Source of the DNA: Gemmatimonadales bacterium
Lineage (GTDB): Bacteria; Gemmatimonadota; Gemmatimonadetes; Longimicrobiales; Gaopeijiaceae
DNA: 57,842 nucleotides
Assembly: GCA_050485725.1 (NCBI GenBank)
Contig: JBJHBX010000001.1
Coordinates: forward strand, 1 to 57,842
Reading direction: 5' to 3'
This document shows positions 18,348-27,778 of this stretch, piece by piece (the first letter of the stretch is position 1; every line of letters begins with the position of its first letter). The position numbers and the translations under genes were made by a program. The notes below the pieces were generated by a model that ran no database searches, was not told the origin of the DNA, and was given only the letters and a program-made list of their open reading frames with translations.

Positions 18348-19705
18348 CTCGGATCTCCCATCGAGTCCGGAGTCGTATCTGCTCCGAGTGTGGCAGTGGC
18401 TGATTGCAGGTCCACCAGCGCGCGACGCGCGGCGAGCCACGCGTCCCAGTAGCTGAGTTCCGCATCGAGGAGTTGGTTGCGAAGCAGGAGGAGGGTGGGG
18501 AGCGCGATCCTGCCTTCCTGAAAGGCGACAGCGAGAAGCCTCTGGTTCTCGCGTGCGGGGAGGAGCGCCTCCTCTTCGAGCACCCGGATTTCTTCGCCCG
18601 CGGACTGGTAGGCGTCGAGCGCGGCCATGACCTCCGCCCGGATGGCCAGTTCGGTCGCCTCACGGTGGTATCGGGCCTGCTCGGAGCGAGCCCGGTTCTC
18701 GGCGACGATTCCCTGATTCCGCTGGAAGAGAGGGATCGGCAGGCTCACGCCGACTCCGACGCGGGGCGATCCGAGGCCGGTGCGGGGATCCGGGGTCCCT
18801 CCAACGGCCGGGAGTGGTTCTTCGCGCTCGATGAAGACACCGACTCGCGGGCTTGGTATCGCTTCGCGGCGAGCGAGTGTTGCGCGCGCATCGGCCTCCT
18901 CCATGGCCCGGCTCCACGCGGCGAGATCCGGCCGTCGGCTCAGCGCAAGCGAGAGAAGAACGTCCGGGTTCAGGTCGGCGGGTTCCGCGAGGTCCCCGGC
19001 GCCGGCCACCAGCCGGATCTCCTGACCGGGCGGGATGCCGATCAACCGTTTCAGCTCCAGCCGGGCGGCCAGGGCTTCCCGTTCCGCGGCGAGCCTCCGG
19101 GCTCGGGCCCGGCCCGCTTCGATCTCCGCGAGATTGGCGTCCATGACACTGATCTCGCCCTCGCGGGCCTGGATCCGGGTCACCTCCACCAGCCGTCGAT
19201 TGAGGCTGTCAAGCTCGACTACCACGGCGAGCCGCTCCTGCGCGGCAAGCGCTTCGAAGAACGCGTGGCTGGCATCCGCCAGCGTCCGGCGGATCGCGTC
19301 GTCCACGATGGCCTCGGATCGCAACAGGCCGAAGCCGGCCGCTCGAATCCGCTGGCGCCTCTGCCCGGCCACCTCCAGCTCCTGACTCAGAGAGATCTCG
19401 AACTCGCCGATCGCACCGTTCGACCAACCGCCCGGTGCCCGTAGATCCAACTCGGGGTTTGGGGCGAGGACACGCGCTTGGGTGAGCTGGCCGCGCGCGA
19501 TCTCGGTCTCCCGGCGCTCGGCGAGAAGCTCCGGGCTCCGGGAGAGCACCTGACGCTGTGCCTCCGATAGGGTAATGCTCAGTGTATCCGCGGACGCCTC
19601 ATCGAGACGGCCGGGAGGGATGGCCTGTGCCGAGACTGCACCCGCTTCGTCGTGGAGAGCGGGCAGGACCAGCAGACAGGCCACGAGCAACAGGGGTCGT
19701 TGCAT
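18344..19705 (-). CDS. czcC: TolC-family outer-membrane efflux protein (CzcC-like)
   Basis: Signal peptide MQRPLLLVACLLVLPALH plus two OEP-like repeats. The start was chosen at the ATG at 19705. Confidence 0.85.
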   Translation of the reverse strand: MQRPLLLVACLLVLPALHDEAGAVSAQAIPPGRLDEASADTLSITLSEAQRQVLSRSPELLAERRETEIARGQLTQARVLAPNPELDLRAPGGWSNGAIGEFEISLSQELEVAGQRRQRIRAAGFGLLRSEAIVDDAIRRTLADASHAFFEALAAQERLAVVVELDSLNRRLVEVTRIQAREGEISVMDANLAEIEAGRARARRLAAEREALAARLELKRLIGIPPGQEIRLVAGAGDLAEPADLNPDVLLSLALSRRPDLAAWSRAMEEADARATLARREAIPSPRVGVFIEREEPLPAVGGTPDPRTGLGSPRVGVGVSLPIPLFQRNQGIVAENRARSEQARYHREATELAIRAEVMAALDAYQSAGEEIRVLEEEALLPARENQRLLAVAFQEGRIALPTLLLLRNQLLDAELSYWDAWLAARRALVDLQSATATLGADTTPDSMGDPR

Positions 19706-19852
19706 GCGTGCCTCTTCCGTTTGTGCCCAGGCGCGATGGGCACACGGACGGGTGCCGATCCGGCACCGCCCGGGCACACGTGGCCTGGGGACGTCAACTG
19801 TTCGGGATTACGGAGTGCGGTGACGGGAAAGGCCCGCTACCGCCGGAAGAGG

Positions 19853-20206
19853 CTATGCCCGGGGAGGGCGGAGGGAAGGCTCGATGACGCGATCCAACAG
19901 GAAAGAAGGTTCGAGAAACGAAACGAAGGCATCCAGCGGGCCGGCGACCAAAAGGACCTCCGCTCCGTTCAACTGCTCCCCGTGCTGATGGGTGCAGTGG
20001 TCGCTGGACGTGCCGTGCTGGTGATCCGGGCCGTGCGGCGATCCGTGCTCGTGACTGCCTTCACCGTCCCGGCCGTGATCATGAGCGGTGGCTTCGACCA
20101 GGCTTTCATGATGCACCACGCCGTCACGCAACTCGCCGATCACCGCCTCCGCTGAGGAGAGGGTGACGGCAAGCAACATGAACGCGGCGATCAGGCGTCG
20201 GTACAT
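19853..20206 (-). CDS. Small secreted His-rich protein, the first gene of the czc operon (CzcI-like position)
   Basis: MYRRLIAAFMLLAVTLSSAEA is a signal peptide. It is followed by HHESLVEATAHDHGRDGEGSHEHGSPHGPDHQHGTSSDHCTHQHGE. GGAG lies upstream of the ATG at 20206. Confidence 0.6.
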   Translation of the reverse strand: MYRRLIAAFMLLAVTLSSAEAVIGELRDGVVHHESLVEATAHDHGRDGEGSHEHGSPHGPDHQHGTSSDHCTHQHGEQLNGAEVLLVAGPLDAFVSFLEPSFLLDRVIEPSLRPPRA

Positions 20207-20434
20207 CGCTCCAATGCGCAAGAGGGTCCTGAGCTGCCCAATACCCTGAAACGTACCTCCGGTTCGGCTGAACCGGAAGCGGCTCCTCCTCGTGCCGATC
20301 CCACTTGGCGCTGTACAAACCTGGGATTCCTCATCACTCCAGAAGTGATCGGTCCGGTCTCGTGACGAGTGAGAAGAGGGTTCAGCGCGCGGGAAACCGC
20401 GTAGGACCCCGCTCCCCCTTCTCAGGAGACGATC

Positions 20435-21001
20435 ATGCGCATCGCGCAGACGACCCCCACCCAGCTCCTTGCGATTCGGCCGGTCAACGGGCCCCGGATC
20501 TCTATCACCCAGCACGACATCTCCATGGATGTGGACCGCATCGTCGAGCACTTCGTCCGCTGCGGGGTGCTGCGGCCGGGAAGCCAGGTGACGATCCACG
20601 TGCGGAAGATCTTCGCCGCTCCATCCGACGCGCTCCGTGTCACCCACATCGCCCGACGCATGGGCCTGAGCAGGCGGACGCTTGGACGCCGCTTTCGGGC
20701 GGAGGGTGTCCCACCTCCGGTCGCCTGGATCGGATTGGCCCGGGCCGCACATGCCCACCGGCGCATCCTTCGCGGGGGGCTGCTGCAAGAGGCTTCCGAT
20801 GCCGCCGGCTATCCCGACCAGTTCACCATGTCGAACGCCATCTACCGGATCATCGGTTTGCGTCCGAGCCGCCTGCGGGAGGTAAGCCCGGAGGGGATGC
20901 TCGATGTCTGGATCGCCCGGCAGCGGGAGAGAGGCGCCCTCACCGGACCGTCGCCACCTCGTCATACCTGCCCGCTCTGCGGACAAGCTTTGACTAGTTG
21001 A
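20435..21001 (+). CDS. AraC-family HTH transcriptional regulator, divergent from the czc operon
   Basis: IARRMGLSRRTLGRRFRAEG...ASDAAGYPDQFTMSNAIYRIIGLRPSRLR is a double-HTH AraC signature. AGGAGA lies upstream of the ATG. Confidence 0.75.
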   Translation: MRIAQTTPTQLLAIRPVNGPRISITQHDISMDVDRIVEHFVRCGVLRPGSQVTIHVRKIFAAPSDALRVTHIARRMGLSRRTLGRRFRAEGVPPPVAWIGLARAAHAHRRILRGGLLQEASDAAGYPDQFTMSNAIYRIIGLRPSRLREVSPEGMLDVWIARQRERGALTGPSPPRHTCPLCGQALTS

Positions 21002-21131
21002 GGCATGGTGTCGGGATAGCCGCCGCGGGCGGCCCGCGCATTCAGTCACCGGGACCGGACGGGAGAAGAGGAATGGGGTGACTTCGATCCGAAGGGGATC
21101 GAGGACTCACTCCAGACCGAAGGAGGTCCCC

Positions 21132-22169
21132 ATGGCGCACGAACTCGACCGGAGGGAGAACGGGAGAGCAGCGATGTTCTCCGTCCGGCTGACGCCCTGG
21201 CATCGCGAGGGCACCCTGCTCACCGAGGCACCGTCGCTCGACGAGGCGTTGCAGGTGGCAGGACTCGACTTCGAGGTGGAGGTCCGCCCGCTCTACACGC
21301 GGGTCCACCAGTATCCCGGCGTCCCCCACATCTACGGGTACCAGCAAGCGGGAAGCGCGTGCGCGACCGTGCGGACGGACCGCGAGACCGTGTTGGGCAT
21401 CGTATCCGAGCGTTACCAGCCGCTACGGAACCGCGACGCCTTCGGCGTGCTGGAGCCCCTGCTCGACGCGGGGCTCGCGTCGCTGGAGACCGGGGGCTCG
21501 CTCCGGGGTGGCCGCGACGTGTGGATGATGGTCCGCTTCAACGTGGACTCGCCCCTTGTGCGCGAGGTGTTCGCCGACGAGTTGATCCCCTTCGGGCTCG
21601 TCTCCAACAACCACGCCGGGCAGCGGAAGGTGATCGTGCAGGAAACGCCGATCCGGGTGGTGTGCGCGAACACCCTCGGGATCGCGCTGAACAGGAGGGA
21701 TCGGGCGCTTGGTGTTCGCCACACCGGATCGGTGGAAGCCCGGACGGTGGAGGCGGCGAAGCAGCTCTGGAGCGGCCTGATCGAGCGGTACGAGGCGGCC
21801 GCCCGCCAGTACGAGCTGCTCAAGGCCCGGCATCTGGACACCGTGCTCTTCCGGAAACTCGTGCTCGACACCGTGGCCCGGATCCCCGCGCGGTTGGACC
21901 GTGCCGGTCTCACCCCCCGTCAGGAGACGGCCCGCACTCGGATCCTCTCACGGCGGAACCGGATCGAGCACCTCTGGGAGCACGGCGCGGGTCACCGAGG
22001 CGACCACAGCATGTACGAGGCGTACAACGCCGCCGTGGAGTCTCTCGACCACGACACCTCGCTCTGGCGGGTGCGGGGACCGCGCACGCAGGCGCTCTAC
22101 GATGGGCGGCTGGCTCAGACGAAGAACCGCGTGCTGACCGCGCTGATCGGAGCGGCGAGTTCCAACTGA
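21132..22169 (+). CDS. DUF932 (phage/plasmid-like TIGR03299-type) protein common in ICEs
   Basis: MFSVRLTPWHREG...GIVSERYQPLRNRDAFGVLEPLL...GRDVWMMVRF...PIRVVCANTL. GAAGGAGG lies upstream of the ATG at 21132. Confidence 0.75.
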   Translation: MAHELDRRENGRAAMFSVRLTPWHREGTLLTEAPSLDEALQVAGLDFEVEVRPLYTRVHQYPGVPHIYGYQQAGSACATVRTDRETVLGIVSERYQPLRNRDAFGVLEPLLDAGLASLETGGSLRGGRDVWMMVRFNVDSPLVREVFADELIPFGLVSNNHAGQRKVIVQETPIRVVCANTLGIALNRRDRALGVRHTGSVEARTVEAAKQLWSGLIERYEAAARQYELLKARHLDTVLFRKLVLDTVARIPARLDRAGLTPRQETARTRILSRRNRIEHLWEHGAGHRGDHSMYEAYNAAVESLDHDTSLWRVRGPRTQALYDGRLAQTKNRVLTALIGAASSN

Positions 22170-22356
22170 AAGGCCTCTCCCGACCGGCCCGTGGCCAGCG
22201 TCCGGCATTCGGATCTCCGGAGGCGTCGCGGGCCGGTCAGCGGGGAGGGAGAGATGAGAAGAGGGAAAGGGTGATCCGAGACAAGGGTCGTTTCCGTCTC
22301 GGTGCTCCGGGAAGTCCCCGGGGCGGGCAGCACGAACCATCACCCAGGAGGACACC

Positions 22357-22767
22357 ATGTCCCGCAACCTCAACAAGGTCATGCTCCTCGGAAACGCCGG
22401 CCGCGATCCGGATCTGCACGAGACGGCTTCCGGCAAGAAGGTCGCCCACCTCTCGCTCGCCACGAGCCGCCGGATCGGACGCGGCGAGGAGGCCGAGCAG
22501 AAGACCGAATGGCACCGGCTCACGTTCTGGGACGGGCTCGCCGACATCGCGGCGGACTACATCCGCAAGGGCGACCGCCTCTACGTGGAGGGGCGGCTGG
22601 AGTACGACTCGTTCGAGAAGAACGGCGTCACGATCCCTACCGTGGAGATCGTCGTCAGCGAACTCATCATGCTGGGAGGCTCACCGCCGCCGGCACTCGC
22701 GGGAGCGGGCGCGCGGACGGGGACCAGCTTCCCGGGAGGCGAGGAGGACGACGACCTCCCGTTCTGA
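22357..22767 (+). CDS. ssb: Single-stranded DNA-binding protein
   Basis: OB-fold sequence NKVMLLGNAGRDPDL...TEWHRLTFWDGLADIAADYIRKGDRLYVEGRLEY, a Gly/Pro-rich linker and an acidic tail ending DDDLPF. Confidence 0.95.
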   Translation: MSRNLNKVMLLGNAGRDPDLHETASGKKVAHLSLATSRRIGRGEEAEQKTEWHRLTFWDGLADIAADYIRKGDRLYVEGRLEYDSFEKNGVTIPTVEIVVSELIMLGGSPPPALAGAGARTGTSFPGGEEDDDLPF

Positions 22768-22827
22768 CCCCCGATAATCGCGCTTGTCATCTTTAAAGTC
22801 GCGATTGTTAAGTCGTAGAATAGAGAA

Positions 22828-22863
22828 ACCGCCTCCGGGGGTCTCCGGGGGCGGTCTCTTTTC
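22828..22863 (+). terminator. Rho-independent terminator after ssb
   Basis: An 11-bp stem (ACCGCCTCCGG / CCGGGGGCGGT), a 6-nt loop, then CTCTTTTC. Confidence 0.7.
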
Positions 22864-23013
22864 AACCGCCTTCGTGGGCGGTATATTCCGATGACGAATC
22901 CGGTCACGTTATCAGGAGAATGCTAATGGCCCAGCATCTGAAGGTGTTGAAATCACTGGAGGGGTAAGCGGGCCAGGAAAAACGACGCGCCTGATAAACG
23001 GCCGGAGTACGCA

Positions 23014-24222
23014 GTGATCACTGCGGATGTGGGCACGGGCGAAGAGGTGCCCCTCCTGGTCGAGGCCGCGACCTGGCTGCCCATCGATCTCCCGCTCCGT
23101 TGGGTCGTCTTTCAGCGGCGATATGAGGTCGCTGCCTCGACGATCCGGAATGACCTCGCCGCACTCCGCTATCTCTACCGCTGGGCCGATCGGCTCGATG
23201 CGTTCCCGCACGGCCTGGAGGGACGACTCGCCTCCGGGGGCTCCCTCACCTACGACGAGTTAACAAGCCTGGCCGCGGCGCTCCGTTCGGCCATCGCCGT
23301 TCGCAAGGAGGGATTGGCGGAAGGAGCGTCTGTTGGCCGTATCGCTCATTCGGTCCGTCTCTTTCTACAATGGACCATCGTGCCCGCGAGCCGCGGTGAG
23401 CCCGGGGCTCCGCCATCTGATCAGGCGCAGATCGAGCGCCAGATCGACAGGATCCTCAAGCCGCTCTCCAAGGGTGCAGGTGCGGGCCGGCGGCAGGAGA
23501 CGCCCGCCGACGAGATCGAGCGGATAGAACGCGTGATTGCACCTGCAATCACCGCGAGCGGCCGCATCGTATCTCCGCTTCGCTGGCACAAGGACAATCC
23601 CTTCAAGAGAACCACACGTCTCCGGAACTGGCTCATGTGGTGTCTCGCCGTCGACGAGGGACTCCGCCTCGGCGAGATCCTGGCCCTGTACGTTTCAGAC
23701 TTCCCGGACGTGGCGGGAACCCCCACGGTCCGTGTCGTTGGGCGCGCGGATAATCCGCTTGATAAGCGAAAGTCGAAGCCGCAGGCGAAAACGCTGGACC
23801 GCGTCCTTCCCGCGAGTCCTCGGGTACAGGCGGCGCTCCGCGCCTACTTGACGAGCCGCCCCCCGGTCGGCCGACGCCCCGGGGGGACCCCGTTCCTCAT
23901 CACCACCGCACGCGGGAACCCGCTGGGCGAGAGCGCGGCGGGTAGTATCGTAGAGGTCCTGCGCGGTGCCGGTCTCGCGTCCGGGCTGTGCACCTTCCAT
24001 GGGCTCCGACACGCATGGGCCGAAGATCTCGCGGAGGCACTCTTCGCAAAAAACCGGAATGAGCGCGAAACCGTGATCGCTAAGCTCCGGGCACTCGGCG
24101 GATGGGCGCTCACTTCCAGGATGCCCGCCCACTATGCGGATGGCGCGATCGCCCGTGACGCCATGAGGGACATGCGGGAGAGACAGTCTCGGCTCTTCAA
24201 CTTCGTGGAGGTGGCCGGATGA
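23014..24222 (+). CDS. Tyrosine recombinase 1 of a trio (GInt GinA-like position)
   Basis: LRLGEILAL (Arg I), HGLRHAWAEDL (HxxR) and LGGWALTSRMPAHYAD (catalytic Tyr region). GTG start. Confidence 0.85.
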   Translation: MITADVGTGEEVPLLVEAATWLPIDLPLRWVVFQRRYEVAASTIRNDLAALRYLYRWADRLDAFPHGLEGRLASGGSLTYDELTSLAAALRSAIAVRKEGLAEGASVGRIAHSVRLFLQWTIVPASRGEPGAPPSDQAQIERQIDRILKPLSKGAGAGRRQETPADEIERIERVIAPAITASGRIVSPLRWHKDNPFKRTTRLRNWLMWCLAVDEGLRLGEILALYVSDFPDVAGTPTVRVVGRADNPLDKRKSKPQAKTLDRVLPASPRVQAALRAYLTSRPPVGRRPGGTPFLITTARGNPLGESAAGSIVEVLRGAGLASGLCTFHGLRHAWAEDLAEALFAKNRNERETVIAKLRALGGWALTSRMPAHYADGAIARDAMRDMRERQSRLFNFVEVAG

Positions 24223-25766
24223 GGATGGATGCGAGCCATGCGGGACTCCCGCTCCCGTTCCGGGGAGATGAGCCCGTAGCCCTGCCGGCGGCGGCTCGGA
24301 CCAAGTGCGGCCAGGTCTTCGACCCTCGAGCAGACCTCTGGGTGGTGCGCAAACACGCCGATGGAGGAAACACGCTTCACTTCGATTGGACGAAGCTGGC
24401 GGGCTTCTCGCGAGAGGCGGTGGGCCTGGCGAAGCGGATTCTCGCAGACCGGGCGCCCTCCTACGCGGGCACCACGACGTGGAACGACTTCTACATGCTG
24501 ATGCGCTTCGCGGCGTGGCTCCCAGGTTACGCCGCACGTGCAGGCACGCGGGAGCTCCTGCCGTTCCGGTGGCGTGCCCTGGACACGCCTGGCTTCGCCG
24601 CCTTCCTCGACCACGGCCTTAGCACCGCGCAGAAGGGGAACGACTTCGCGCGTTTGCGGGATCTCTACCGCTGGGGGGTCGACGCTCTCCGTCACCCCAG
24701 CTTCGCTCCCGATGTCCTGGTGGCGATCGAAGGGACGAGAGCTCCGGGGAACTCCAAGGGGCAGGCGGTGCGGGCTGGCGACGCCACGAAAGGAGAACTC
24801 GACGCCCGCGAACTCGAACTCATCCTCGACGCTCTGCGCGAGGGGAGAGGGCGGGCCACCGATCGGGCGACTGTCGCCCTGTGCCTCGCGCTCGGCCGGA
24901 ACAGCAATCAGTACGTGCGCTGTGTGAACGGCGACTTGGTCCGCTACCCCTATCCCTCTATCGGTCCGCTCGCCCAGAACGGGAAGCGCCACCTCTACGA
25001 ACTTCGCATCCCGCGCCAGAAGAAGCGCGGATCGCGCGTCGAGTACCGATCCTGGCCGCTCGACGAGCGCGTGGGACTCATGCTCGACGCGGTCCAGCGG
25101 GGTGGCGGCAAGGACCCTCTCCTTTGGTGGGTGCACGAGGAGAGTAAGGGCCAGCCCGATCTGGCGCTGAATACGATCCTGAAGCGGTGGGCGCGAGATG
25201 CTCGGATCATCTCGCCGCGGACCCGTCGCCCGATCGTGCTCAACCCGCGGCGCTTCCGCGTCACCCTGCTGACGAACGCGGCCGACGAAGGCGCATCCCC
25301 GATGAAGCTGGCCGAACTGGCGGATCACACGGATCAGCAGAACGTCAAGGTCTACGTCGACAACTCGCCGGGCTACCTCGTGCGTCTCTCCGATCGCGTG
25401 GATCAGATCTATGATCCGCTCGTGAAGCGATTCGCGGGGAAGGTGGCCTCGCGCGCTGATGCCAAGCCTGGGGTGACGGGGCGCGTGATCCCGGGCGCGA
25501 CCCCGACCCTTCCGGTCCTGGACACCGGAGGGATTGGCGTGTGCGGCGCCGGCGGGCCGTGCCACCGGAACCCTGTCGTGTCATGCTATAGGTGCAACAA
25601 GTTCGTCGCCTGGAAGGAGGGGCGGCACGAGGATGTGGTCGTGGCGCTGGAGCGGGCCATGGAGCAGATGAGCCCCCGTATCGCACTCCTGCTTGCCCCG
25701 AGTCTGGCGGCGGCACGTGAGGTCGTAGCTGCGATTCAGGAGGAAACTACCCTGGAGGCCGAGTGA
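24219..25766 (+). CDS. Tyrosine recombinase 2 of the trio (GinB-like position), divergent, with a C-terminal Cys cluster
   Basis: ATGA overlap with the upstream gene. It contains ALCLALGRNSNQ, RRFRVTLLTNAADEG and LADHTDQQNVKVYVDN. The C-terminus reads CGAGGPCHRNPVVSCYRCNKF. Confidence 0.75.
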   Translation: MRMDASHAGLPLPFRGDEPVALPAAARTKCGQVFDPRADLWVVRKHADGGNTLHFDWTKLAGFSREAVGLAKRILADRAPSYAGTTTWNDFYMLMRFAAWLPGYAARAGTRELLPFRWRALDTPGFAAFLDHGLSTAQKGNDFARLRDLYRWGVDALRHPSFAPDVLVAIEGTRAPGNSKGQAVRAGDATKGELDARELELILDALREGRGRATDRATVALCLALGRNSNQYVRCVNGDLVRYPYPSIGPLAQNGKRHLYELRIPRQKKRGSRVEYRSWPLDERVGLMLDAVQRGGGKDPLLWWVHEESKGQPDLALNTILKRWARDARIISPRTRRPIVLNPRRFRVTLLTNAADEGASPMKLAELADHTDQQNVKVYVDNSPGYLVRLSDRVDQIYDPLVKRFAGKVASRADAKPGVTGRVIPGATPTLPVLDTGGIGVCGAGGPCHRNPVVSCYRCNKFVAWKEGRHEDVVVALERAMEQMSPRIALLLAPSLAAAREVVAAIQEETTLEAE

Positions 25767-27778
25767 GCATGCGGAACCTGGACCCGGTCGCGTCGGCCGC
25801 GGACGCCTACGTGGAGCGCGGCCGTGCCGCCCTGCGGAACAAGCTCCCTGGCGCCGACTTCGATGCCGCAGCGTGGGACGCGAAGCCCCTCTGGCGAGAC
25901 GTGTCCGACAAGGTCGCCTGGCTGTACTTCACCCTCGAAGGGTCGACGGTAACCCCACTTCCGCACGGATTCGCCCGCGTCATCAAGGCATACGTTGCGC
26001 TTCAGAGCGAGTCGCTCAGCCGGCGGAAGCAGAAGGCCGACGCCGCCCGGTGGCTGTGGGCGGCCGTCTCCGAGCGGCTCGGTCAGGATGCCGGCGCCCG
26101 ATTCGTGTGGGCGGACCTCCAGTCGATCGACGTGCGCCGCGCCACGCAGATCATGGAAGAGCGCGGTCTGGGGTCGAAAGGGCGGTACAACGTCGACACC
26201 GCTTTGCGCACCATCCTCCGGGAACTCGCGGGTACCGGCGTGTGCCCGTCCCTGCCGCTCGGGCCGCGCTTGCCTCGTGGCCGCGATGGCAATCTGGTCC
26301 GCGTGGACGAGGAGGTCGATCTCGTCCCGCCCACGCTACTGGCGGCGCTCGGCGACATCTTCGCGAAGTACGCCACCTCTTGGGAAGATCGCCTGATGTC
26401 GGCCGTCATCGCGCTGGCCCTCGCCACGGGACTGCGCTTCAACGAACTGAGCACGATTCCGCTCGATCCGATCGAGGAGGTGGAGCGGGATCTCCGCGGT
26501 CCGGACGGCAAGATCAAGCGCCACAAGCTCTGGCGGGTGCGGCGCTACAAGTCGAAGTCGTCTCGCACCGGCGGGGGGGGCCGAAAGTCAGAGGAGGCGC
26601 AGTGGATGACCGCGACGCAAGCCGAGCTCGCCCGTGAAGCGGTCCGGCGTATCCGGGACCTGACCGCGGCGTCGCGCAGGGTCGTAGCCGCCCTGGTGCG
26701 CGCTGGGAGGTGGGCGCTGCCGGCACCGTACACTCCTTCCTCCTGGCTGGAGGCGAGCGAGATCGCGAACGTGCTCGGGGTCAGCCGCGATATGGCCACC
26801 AAGATTCTGCGGGAGGAAGGCGGCGAGGCAGATCCGGATGCGCCGCGCGCAGGTATGCTCCGCATGAGCGGCGCCTCGCTGGAGGCATACATGAACGCGC
26901 GACTGAAGCCGAATGATCTGGTCCTCATGATCGGAGCGAACGGCCGGCCGATCCCGCTCTCCGAGGGTCTCCTTTGTCTCCGCGTCAATGAGACGCATTC
27001 GGCAAAGGCCACGCTGTCCCTCCCCCAGAAGCTGACCGCCTCGATGCTTCAGAACTGGCTGGTCGGGTCGACCGACAAGCCGAATGTCTTCCAGCGCATG
27101 GCCAAGGCGGGCGTTCGATTCGCCGGCGTCGATCCGGAGAAGAAGGTGCTCAGCTCGCACGACTTCCGCCGCTGGTTCGCCACCTCGGCGCTTCGTGCCG
27201 GTGCCACGGAGTTCGACCTGATGCGATGGCAGGGCCGCGAGCACATGGGGGACCTGGGCGCGTACGACTATCGGACGATGGCGGACCGGGTCGAGGCGGT
27301 GAAGCGTGACATCAAGAGCGGGAAGCTCCAGGGCGTGCTTGCGACAACGTACGTCCAGCTTGCCGAGACCATCCGGGATCAATGGCTGGACGATGCGGTC
27401 ACGTCGCTCCACGTGACGCCGATCGGCCTCTGTGCAAAGGACTTCGGCTCGGGGCGCTGTGAGTACCAGGTGAACTGCTTCAACGCCTGCGAGCATCACC
27501 TCGTACAGATCACCGATCCGAAGACTCGGCAGCAGGTCGTCCAGCTCAAGTGCCGGAACGAAGAGGTCGTGAGGCTCAACGAGGAGCGTGCCCTCCGTGA
27601 GGGCTACGAGCTCGCATCGCAGTGGCGCCAGGAATACGATCAGACGATCACCTACATGGATCACCTGCTCACGGCCAAGCCGGACGAGGCGGGATACGTC
27701 CGTGCGCCGGAAGGTGCGCCATCGCGCTATCTCCCGGTGGACCAGGTAGGACCCATGGAACTACACATGGAGGTTTGA
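25763..27778 (+). CDS. Tyrosine recombinase 3 of the trio (GinC-like position), with a C-terminal Cys cluster
   Basis: GTGA overlap with the upstream gene. It contains ALATGLRFNELS, HDFRRWFATSALRAG and REHMGDLGAYDYRT. The C-terminus reads CAKDFGSGRCEYQVNCFNACEHH. Confidence 0.8.
   Translation: MSMRNLDPVASAADAYVERGRAALRNKLPGADFDAAAWDAKPLWRDVSDKVAWLYFTLEGSTVTPLPHGFARVIKAYVALQSESLSRRKQKADAARWLWAAVSERLGQDAGARFVWADLQSIDVRRATQIMEERGLGSKGRYNVDTALRTILRELAGTGVCPSLPLGPRLPRGRDGNLVRVDEEVDLVPPTLLAALGDIFAKYATSWEDRLMSAVIALALATGLRFNELSTIPLDPIEEVERDLRGPDGKIKRHKLWRVRRYKSKSSRTGGGGRKSEEAQWMTATQAELAREAVRRIRDLTAASRRVVAALVRAGRWALPAPYTPSSWLEASEIANVLGVSRDMATKILREEGGEADPDAPRAGMLRMSGASLEAYMNARLKPNDLVLMIGANGRPIPLSEGLLCLRVNETHSAKATLSLPQKLTASMLQNWLVGSTDKPNVFQRMAKAGVRFAGVDPEKKVLSSHDFRRWFATSALRAGATEFDLMRWQGREHMGDLGAYDYRTMADRVEAVKRDIKSGKLQGVLATTYVQLAETIRDQWLDDAVTSLHVTPIGLCAKDFGSGRCEYQVNCFNACEHHLVQITDPKTRQQVVQLKCRNEEVVRLNEERALREGYELASQWRQEYDQTITYMDHLLTAKPDEAGYVRAPEGAPSRYLPVDQVGPMELHMEV

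Noticed and set aside
19853-21049. The full-length 398-aa ORF.
   Set aside because: Only the last 117 codons (from the ATG at 20206, with a signal peptide and an RBS) look genuine. The upstream part is antisense to the AraC-like gene and crosses the divergent promoter.
24132-25565. A 477-aa minus-strand ORF. Others lie at 26588-27664 (-), 29055-30353 (-) and 21359-22777 (+).
   Set aside because: They are antisense or off-frame to the recombinase, helicase, DUF932 and ssb genes. They carry no motifs and their composition is Arg/Pro-rich.
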